IMG/VR virus record: IMGVR_UViG_3300044816_000012
Span: 1 to 46,280 of that record
DNA length: 46,280 bases
Direction: 5' to 3' (one strand)
Source: a virus
Positions 40,543 through 46,280 of this stretch are shown in pieces (within the stretch, counting starts at the first letter, position 1; the number at the start of each line of letters is the position of its first letter). Made by a program: the position numbers and the translations under genes. Below the pieces are notes generated by a model, which was not told where the DNA came from, ran no database searches, and saw only the letters and a program-made list of their open reading frames with translations.

Positions 40543-41915
40543 TACATTCTCCGTTTCATTGCTTCAAGTAAAAGGTCTTGCACGCTGCGCTTGCTGCTGT
40601 GCGCCTGTATCACCGTCTCATCGACAGTTTCAAGTGCAATTATGTCGTACACAAATACAGGGCGGTCTAGTCCGGCTTGCATCTGTCTTACAGGGCCGAT
40701 CCGTTCAAGCATCTGCATCCGCTCTCCTAAGTTCCAATCGTGCCCGTACCGTACTAGGATGTTAGTCACGCTCTGAAGCCCGTCGATCCCGTGGCCCATA
40801 GACTTAGCGTGTGCGAGGCCAATACCTGCGTTGCCGGATCGGAAAGCTGCCATTCCCGCGCTCGTTGATAGCTCGACAGCGCGCGGGAAAGCCGCCTTAA
40901 TTCTAGCCAAGTCGGATTTAAACGAATAAGCGACAAGCAACGGAGTACCACCGCTTTCCGCTTCAATGGATCGCAACGCCTCGATTTTCTCGTCATGTAC
41001 CGGTATCCATTTGGGGTAGTCAATGTATACAGCACCGTTAGCTAATTGCAAGCACTTATTTGTAAGAGCCGCAGCGTTGAACACTTCGATATTACCTAGC
41101 GCCCCCATTTCGGCGAATAGCTCTTTCTCCAAGGTCTTGTACAACGCCCTCGCCTTCGGCGGCAGTATCACGTTGATAGTCCTGACGATAGGGTCTTTAA
41201 GGTCGAAGTAGTCCTTCGGATCAATCGTAAGGCACACGTCCTTTAGCGCCGCATGGATTTCCTTACCGGCATGGGGCATCGGCTCTACGCCGTGACCGCT
41301 CCATTTGGGCCTAAACCAACGGTTCATAAAGGCGCTGTACGTGCGCCCTAAGCGTTCGCCTTTATCTATGTACCACGTCTGACCCCACAAGTCCTTAAGT
41401 CCGTTAGGTGCTGGCGTACCTGTAAGGTTGATCCAACGGTCCGTTAGGTTGTGGGCTATGCGCCCTAACTGGTGAGCGCGCATGCCCCCCTGGTTCATGC
41501 GGAAGCCTTTAAGTCTGTCACTCTCATCTGCTACCACTTGGCGAAAGGGCCATTTAGCCTGGTACTGGGTAACAAGCCAGGGAGCAAGCTCATAGCTTAT
41601 GGTGTATATATCAGCTTTACGTTTCAAAGCGTCAATGCGCTGCTTAGGGCTGCCGCTGAGCGCTACGATACGCAAATCCTTGAACTGGTCCCACTTGGCT
41701 ACTTCTTCGGGCCACGTATCTCTAGCTACTCGCACAGGGCCTATGACTAACGTTGGTGAGGTTCCGATATCACCCAGGAGTTTGAGAAGGTCTAGGGTGT
41801 AGAGCGTTGCCGATGTCTTGCCAGTACCCATACCTGCATACAACGAGCAGCGTTTAGTGTGCCGGATGAAATCCACCATTGGTTGCTGTATCGGCCTTAA
41901 GACTAGTCCGTTCAA
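40542..41915 (-). CDS. SNF2-family helicase (457 aa, TTG start)
   Basis: LRPIQ, AGMGTGKT, VADESDRLKG, LTGTPAPNGLKDLW, and C-terminal SMGHGIDGLQ. Confidence 0.88.
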   Translation of the reverse strand: MNGLVLRPIQQPMVDFIRHTKRCSLYAGMGTGKTSATLYTLDLLKLLGDIGTSPTLVIGPVRVARDTWPEEVAKWDQFKDLRIVALSGSPKQRIDALKRKADIYTISYELAPWLVTQYQAKWPFRQVVADESDRLKGFRMNQGGMRAHQLGRIAHNLTDRWINLTGTPAPNGLKDLWGQTWYIDKGERLGRTYSAFMNRWFRPKWSGHGVEPMPHAGKEIHAALKDVCLTIDPKDYFDLKDPIVRTINVILPPKARALYKTLEKELFAEMGALGNIEVFNAAALTNKCLQLANGAVYIDYPKWIPVHDEKIEALRSIEAESGGTPLLVAYSFKSDLARIKAAFPRAVELSTSAGMAAFRSGNAGIGLAHAKSMGHGIDGLQSVTNILVRYGHDWNLGERMQMLERIGPVRQMQAGLDRPVFVYDIIALETVDETVIQAHSSKRSVQDLLLEAMKRRM

Positions 41916-42235
41916 AACGGCACGCAGTATTCGCTGACGTAGCTATCTACCTGCTTCATCGTCCAGAGCACAAATACGGCGCAGCCAAGCTTGCGCCGTC
42001 GGGCATGGTCTCGCTCTTGTCCTGATTCGCACTTGCCACCTAGCGTCTTAAGCTCCACGAAGTGGATACGGGCGAAGCCATAGGCGGGCCACGTTACCAG
42101 CCTATCTGGCACGAATTTTTTACCGGGCGACGTGAATTTTTCTGTCATGCCGCCAGCCTTCTCAACTTGCTCCACGAAGTACCGCTCTACGGTGACTTCC
42201 TTAACGGAACAACGCTTGACTTTTGATGCGCTCAT
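41912..42235 (-). CDS. VRR-NUC domain nuclease (107 aa)
   Basis: FVPDRLVTW...IHFVELKTLGGKCESGQE shows the PD...E.K core; ATGA coupling to the polymerase. Confidence 0.8.
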   Translation of the reverse strand: MSASKVKRCSVKEVTVERYFVEQVEKAGGMTEKFTSPGKKFVPDRLVTWPAYGFARIHFVELKTLGGKCESGQERDHARRRKLGCAVFVLWTMKQVDSYVSEYCVPF

Positions 42236-44277
42236 TTCTGAAACCTATATCCTGTTCGGCCTTTAGCCGCTAGCGGCAAGCCGTCAGCCCATAGACTAGA
42301 CGTTACCAACAAGCGACTAAGGTCTTTGTCATTGTACCGGTCTTCGTCTGGCGGTTCGGTGATGGCTTGGTCATGGACGCTAAGCACGGGGCTATACCCG
42401 GCTTCCTCAGCGGCTATCAATCCATCCATCATGATGTCCGCAGCGCCGGCCTGTACGATGTTCTCCGCGCGCTTGCCGCTGTAGGTGCTAAGCCGCTTCC
42501 ATTGTTTGGTGTAAGGATCGATCCCTAAGAACGAACTGCTGTAATCGTCGCACTGCGCTGCGGGGTAGTTGAGGTACCGCCCGCTGGGCAGCTTGATACG
42601 CAGCCAATTAGCTTTGCGGTCAACCGATATGTGCGCTCCGACCTTAAACGTCTTGTTGGGTACGCGCGTCGCCATCTTCGTTGCTTGATCTAGCTCCGCC
42701 CAGAAGTTGACTATCGCGGGATGAGCAGCCCGCCAGAGGAGTACCAGAGAGTGGCAGACAACCCATACTCTTTCAGTAAGTCCATAGGTTCGGTTTCGCT
42801 TGATGGCTTTATGCCAAGCGGTATTTGCTTCTCGCTTGGTATCGGTAGGAATGACTGGCCATGCTGACTTAGCCAGGTCTTCAAGGCGCAGGCCGTATAC
42901 TTCTGCCATTGAACAAAAGGCACCAACCCCGCCGTAGTACTGAAGGGCCAATTCCATGACCTTTCCGATTTGCCGGCGGTCGTCTCCCTCATCAGCGATA
43001 TCATTAGGATTAATGTTGAAAGCACGCGCATATGCCACCTTGTATAGATCAGGACCTTCCTTCCTATCGAACGCGGCGAAGGCGTCTAGCTTCCACTGTT
43101 CGCCGGCAACCCAGGCCATGAACCGACCTTCGATATTTGCAAGGTCAGAATCGACAAGGCGCTTGCCTGGTGCTGCGATAATGAGGCCGCGCAGGCAACT
43201 AGACGCCAAGCCAAGCACAGCATCGGGATCGTATAAATCAATCTCACCCAGTTGGAACATCCGTATCGCAAAGTCTATCTCCGACTGTTTGTGTTTTGGC
43301 CTTGGGAGATTCTGCGGCTGTAGTGTGCGCCCAGCCCATCGGCCAGTGCGAGCAGCACCACAAAAGACAAGAAGGTTACAAAGGCGACCGTTGACGTGCT
43401 GATTAAGCACACGCCGGTACTTAGCAGTGCTCGCCTTACTAGCTTGCTGACGGACACGGAGTAACTCCTTAATATGTTCGGGTAGGGACTCATCTTCTAG
43501 CCGTCGTTCTACGGTATCTGCCGTCAGGTCTGGCAGGTCTACGCCGTACGCCGACATGTAGGCCAGCAACCGGTTGCGCTGGGTAGTTGACTCAACTTCA
43601 TTGTTGGTAAGTTCCGCTGTGCGAGCGGCCATCTGGCGCTTGGCTTTAGTCGTAGCCGCTACTGCGCCGGCAGCTAGCTTCAGATCCATAGCTACGCCAC
43701 GTTCGTTCATCTTCTGATCAAGGTGCCAAACCGCCCACATGCGCGGCGTTGCATTCCACTTTGGAAGCGCTTTGTGTATCGCGCGCATGGCGATGACATC
43801 TTGCTCCCCATACGACAGAAATTCAGCCCATTCCTTAGGGTGCGACTTACTGTCGCTGTACCCGTATTTATGCGGGATGCAGAATAGCTGGATAAGCGCC
43901 ATTCCGCGTTTATCCTTAGCCTCCTCACTGGTCAACTTGAATATCTCACTTAGCGGTCCCAGCCCACCCGGCAATCCGTGCATCCGCGCAAGCGCCGCAG
44001 TGCAACGCCATTTCTCTAAGGGTATGAGTGGCCACCAACTAGTGGTTTCGAGCACCGTTCGGTCAAATTCGGCGTTATGCGCCCAAATTTCATCCGCGTT
44101 GGTGGCTGCGTCTATCAGTGCAGGGGATGGCGGTCCCGCTGTTAGGTCCTCTACGGTAATAGGGCCATCGTCTACCGCCCATTGCGCCATGATGACTTCA
44201 ACGCCAGTAGCGTACTTGACGGTGCCATGCCTGATGGGCACGGCGCTACGGGTTTCACAGTCTATCCAGAAGCGCAT
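42232..44277 (-). CDS. polA: Family A DNA polymerase with 3'-5' exonuclease domain (681 aa from the preferred start)
   Basis: Exo I FWIDCETRS, Exo II HNAEFD, Exo III YGEQDV. Pol motif A DSDLANIEGR, motif B RRQIGKVMELALQYYGG, motif C SVHDQ. ATG 44277 follows aaaggatttgag; the track start 44319 would overlap the upstream gene by 41 nt. Confidence 0.92.
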   Translation of the reverse strand: MRFWIDCETRSAVPIRHGTVKYATGVEVIMAQWAVDDGPITVEDLTAGPPSPALIDAATNADEIWAHNAEFDRTVLETTSWWPLIPLEKWRCTAALARMHGLPGGLGPLSEIFKLTSEEAKDKRGMALIQLFCIPHKYGYSDSKSHPKEWAEFLSYGEQDVIAMRAIHKALPKWNATPRMWAVWHLDQKMNERGVAMDLKLAAGAVAATTKAKRQMAARTAELTNNEVESTTQRNRLLAYMSAYGVDLPDLTADTVERRLEDESLPEHIKELLRVRQQASKASTAKYRRVLNQHVNGRLCNLLVFCGAARTGRWAGRTLQPQNLPRPKHKQSEIDFAIRMFQLGEIDLYDPDAVLGLASSCLRGLIIAAPGKRLVDSDLANIEGRFMAWVAGEQWKLDAFAAFDRKEGPDLYKVAYARAFNINPNDIADEGDDRRQIGKVMELALQYYGGVGAFCSMAEVYGLRLEDLAKSAWPVIPTDTKREANTAWHKAIKRNRTYGLTERVWVVCHSLVLLWRAAHPAIVNFWAELDQATKMATRVPNKTFKVGAHISVDRKANWLRIKLPSGRYLNYPAAQCDDYSSSFLGIDPYTKQWKRLSTYSGKRAENIVQAGAADIMMDGLIAAEEAGYSPVLSVHDQAITEPPDEDRYNDKDLSRLLVTSSLWADGLPLAAKGRTGYRFQK

Positions 44278-44278
44278 C

Positions 44279-44626
44279 TCAAATCCTTTTGACAGTTGTG
44301 GCCCGGTCGATGCGTTCAATTTCCGCCACGATCAAAGCGGCGGCGCGCACCAGATCACGCCTAGCATCCTTTGGCTTCCACCATCCCCCATTGAAAGGCC
44401 ATAACGCCGTGAGGATTTTGTCCTTATCCAACTTCGGCGCGGGCTTTTCGTTGTTCCGCCGTCTGAGCAAATACTGCGCTTGATAGGCATAGCAGGCAGC
44501 AGCGGCGGCCAATGTCCCGCCCTCATGTCCATCATCGTGTGCAAGGTCCCAGCCTTCTGCGTCCTGCTGGCGATGCCGCTCGGTCGTTACGTCGATGATC
44601 GCTTGACTGTCAAGGTAGGTTTTCAT
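44279..44626 (-). CDS. conserved-looking hypothetical protein (115 aa)
   Basis: ORF. ERHRQQDAEGWDLAHDDGHEGGTLAAAAACYA and WPFNGGWWKPKDARRDLVRAAALIVAEIERI resemble a recurrent phage family whose name and function I cannot assign. Confidence 0.7.
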   Translation of the reverse strand: MKTYLDSQAIIDVTTERHRQQDAEGWDLAHDDGHEGGTLAAAAACYAYQAQYLLRRRNNEKPAPKLDKDKILTALWPFNGGWWKPKDARRDLVRAAALIVAEIERIDRATTVKRI

Positions 44627-44712
44627 GGTTTGACGCCTTCTGGGTCGACGCCGCAGTGCGGGCAGACGCGCTCAAGGATCTCTCCGTCAGTCACGACGAT
44701 GCGCCGCTTCAT
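44623..44712 (-). CDS. 29-aa peptide with CPHC motif
   Basis: Not in track. MKRRIVVTDGEILERVCPHCGVDPEGVKP; ATGA overlaps at both ends. Confidence 0.4.
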   Translation of the reverse strand: MKRRIVVTDGEILERVCPHCGVDPEGVKP

Positions 44713-44966
44713 GACAGCAACTCAATCATGCCTTTGTCTTTGTCCCCGTTCTTCGGCGCATTAACAATGCGCTGGGATAGGAGGAACAGCGCATACGCAG
44801 TGCCCAAGGCTACCGCCGCGCTTTTCGGGTTATCCTTCTGCAAGGCTACAACCGTCTTCTCTACCAGAAGCGCAGCCCACTTACACCGCTGCTGTTCGCT
44901 AGGGGGAATGCCCGCCAGCAATTCGCGGATAGTCTCAAGGTTGCCGTCAATACTGTCGGTAAACAT
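44709..44966 (-). CDS. hypothetical protein (85 aa)
   Basis: ORF in the operon chain. Confidence 0.6.
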   Translation of the reverse strand: MFTDSIDGNLETIRELLAGIPPSEQQRCKWAALLVEKTVVALQKDNPKSAAVALGTAYALFLLSQRIVNAPKNGDKDKGMIELLS

Positions 44967-44968
44967 GT

Positions 44969-45073
44969 TTAGATTCCGTCTATTAGAGTGACAAGTCCAA
45001 AGATGGCAAGTGCAGCTATCATTATGCCGCCAATTACCGCCAGTGCTATTATCGCAGGGCTTACTAGAACCAT
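44969..45073 (-). CDS. single-pass membrane peptide (34 aa)
   Basis: Not in track. MVLVSPAIIALAVIGGIMIAALAIFGLVTLIDGI; SD ttaggagcaccacaATG. Confidence 0.55.
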   Translation of the reverse strand: MVLVSPAIIALAVIGGIMIAALAIFGLVTLIDGI

Positions 45074-45156
45074 TGTGGTGCTCCTAAAATTGGCTGGGAG
45101 GGCGCGGGCCGGGAGTTAACCCGTTTACCGTTATCGCCTCCCCCAGCCCGCGAACA

Positions 45157-45720
45157 TTAAGCAGTCAGATCGCCGTCTTCAGCGGCATCGTCGGCCACCG
45201 AGATTTCATCGAACTCATTCGCCTCAGCGGACTTACCGCCGCCTGCGAATGCATCGCCATCGCGCAAGAACTGCACTCCGCGAAGTTGCGCGTTAATGCG
45301 CTTGCCAAAGCCGTTGTCCTGCGCCCACAACTCAATGCTGGCGTTGACATAGCAACCGCTGTAAGGCTTGCCGTCGGCTTCTGAAAGTTCCTGCCGCTGT
45401 TGGTCAAATACAGTCGGACGTATCTTGCTGCGGGAGCTAATGTACAGGTTCCCGCTAAAGCCTTCGTAGTCGGCCTTAGTATCGCCATTGTGCAAACAGG
45501 TCTTGTCGGAAGCCTCAAGCGCTTTGACAACCGCATCGGCCTTAGCAGCCCACTTCTCTTTCGCAACGCCTTTCAGCGCGGCTTTGATTTCAGCAAGTTG
45601 CTTATGTTTGAGAGGAATCAGGAAGGAAGCGGAGAAAGCTGGCTCGCCACCAGTCTTCGGCGCAGTGGCTTTCCAGAGGGAGGGAAAGGCCAATCGAACA
45701 TCACGTAGCATCAATCGCAT
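45157..45720 (-). CDS. DUF2815-type phage ssDNA-binding protein (187 aa)
   Basis: MRLMLRDVRLAFPSLWKA N-terminus and acidic C-terminal tail (DEISVADDAAEDGDLTA); canonical position between the DUF2800 nuclease and PolA. Confidence 0.7.
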   Translation of the reverse strand: MRLMLRDVRLAFPSLWKATAPKTGGEPAFSASFLIPLKHKQLAEIKAALKGVAKEKWAAKADAVVKALEASDKTCLHNGDTKADYEGFSGNLYISSRSKIRPTVFDQQRQELSEADGKPYSGCYVNASIELWAQDNGFGKRINAQLRGVQFLRDGDAFAGGGKSAEANEFDEISVADDAAEDGDLTA

Positions 45721-45746
45721 TGTGGTCTCCAGTTAGTAGATCGGTT

Positions 45747-45899
45747 TCAGCTATTCGCTTTTGGCGAAGGCGGAGTGTATCGCGGCATACCGCCAGTTGC
45801 AACTCGGCATTCATCGCACATGATATGCCCTGGTAGTACTGGTTTATAGCACTTTTGGTTATCGCCGCTATTGGCACAATTATGGGGAACATCGCTCAT
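45747..45899 (-). CDS. possible zinc-ribbon mini-protein (50 aa)
   Basis: Not in track. MSDVPHNCANSGDNQKCYKPVLPGHIMCDECRVATGGMPRYTPPSPKANS; ATGA overlap with the upstream stop. Preferred over track ORF 45701..45892, which is in another frame and would overlap the SSB start. Confidence 0.45.
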   Translation of the reverse strand: MSDVPHNCANSGDNQKCYKPVLPGHIMCDECRVATGGMPRYTPPSPKANS

Positions 45900-46075
45900 C
45901 GCTGCCCTACCCGCCAGTTCTCAAGGCCGATTGCGCCGGCAAAGTCGTATGCCGCACGTGCGGTTTCGAAGTGCAAGGCGTCTGCCACATCGTACACAGG
46001 GGTATCGACTCCGGTGTACGCTTCACCATGGGTTACCGGATCTTCACGGAAAATCACATAGTGCACATAGCTCAT
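45896..46075 (-). CDS. hypothetical protein (59 aa)
   Basis: Not in track. MSYVHYVIFREDPVTHGEAYTGVDTPVYDVADALHFETARAAYDFAGAIGLENWRVGQR; ATGA overlaps with the Cas4-like stop and the next start. Confidence 0.5.
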   Translation of the reverse strand: MSYVHYVIFREDPVTHGEAYTGVDTPVYDVADALHFETARAAYDFAGAIGLENWRVGQR

Positions 46076-46280
46076 TCTGTTACTCCTAGTTCTTCAAACT
46101 CTGACATGTCGGCGCTACCGACAAACGGCGGCCGTGGATCGCTACCGGGTACCAACTTTGGCTGCCCGCGCGGCTTGATAATCAAAGGTTCAAATACGTC
46201 CTTCCAGGTCTCTTTTGTGGCCTTCTTATCCAGCAGCTTAGCAGCCTGCGGAGCAGTGATAACCTTCTGCGGCGCGTAGG
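46072..46280 (-). CDS. C-terminal end of the same Cas4-like exonuclease CDS (46154..46280 duplicates 1..127)
   Basis: Reverse translation continues ...IIKPRGQPKLVPGSDPRPPFVGSADMSEFEELGVTE then stop TGA at 46074..46072; total reconstructed length is 411 aa. Confidence 0.85.
   Translation of the reverse strand, partial: YAPQKVITAPQAAKLLDKKATKETWKDVFEPLIIKPRGQPKLVPGSDPRPPFVGSADMSEFEELGVTE
46154..46280. repeat. Terminal direct repeat, right copy; identical to 1..127
   Basis: Same comparison as the left copy; the repeat starts at aactttgg (46154) and runs to the window end. Confidence 0.95.

Noticed and set aside
45085-45150. A possible intrinsic terminator downstream of the SSB gene (GC-rich complementary blocks followed by aattttagg on the minus strand)
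   Set aside because: The complementary blocks (ctgggagggcg/cgcctcccccag and gcgggc/gcccgc) are imperfect and arranged so that they cannot both pair in one simple hairpin; too ambiguous to call by eye
1-46280. A lysogeny module (integrase, CI/Cro-like repressor, excisionase) or a phage-encoded RNA polymerase
   Set aside because: I recognised no tyrosine/serine recombinase motifs, HTH repressor pair or single-subunit RNAP-sized ORF in any frame. Absence cannot be proven without profile searches

Overview
The window is a complete tailed-phage (Caudoviricetes) genome. The first and last 127 bp are identical, so the unique sequence is 46,153 bp and closes into a circle; a Cas4-like ORF reads straight across the junction. 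The genome has two arms. The minus-strand arm runs 9521 down to 1 and continues 46153 down to 37678. It carries about 20 small early/accessory ORFs, including an ArdA-type antirestriction protein, a strongly acidic protein and two paralogous pentapeptide-repeat proteins. These are followed by a replication module (Prim-Pol/D5-type primase-helicase, Cas4-like DUF2800 exonuclease, DUF2815-type SSB, family-A DNA polymerase, VRR-NUC nuclease, SNF2 helicase) and a terminal accessory block with a 487-aa metallophosphoesterase. The plus-strand arm (10345..37538) carries a small terminase candidate, a large terminase split into separate ATPase and nuclease ORFs, portal, scaffold, a free-standing Endo VII/HNH endonuclease and the major capsid protein. 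It continues with about 20 virion/tail/internal proteins (a collagen-like fibre and an 897-aa tail protein with a CBM-like insert) and a holin / small TM protein / GH24 endolysin cassette. The arms diverge from an ~820-bp non-coding control region (9522..10344) and converge on a hairpin at 37639..37660. I recognised no tape measure, sheath, integrase, repressor, phage RNA polymerase, tRNA, CRISPR array or reverse transcriptase. This suggests, by inference only, a virulent short-tailed phage that uses host RNAP. Most genes are joined by ATGA/TAATG/GTGA stop-start overlaps, which I used to recover about a dozen sub-60-codon genes and one edge-truncated gene missing from the supplied ORF track. 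The best candidate for something undescribed is the early-arm cluster 5556..8691: two near-perfect pentapeptide-repeat proteins, an acidic protein and a zinc-ribbon ArdA variant. All functional calls come from motif recognition by eye; no database search was run.
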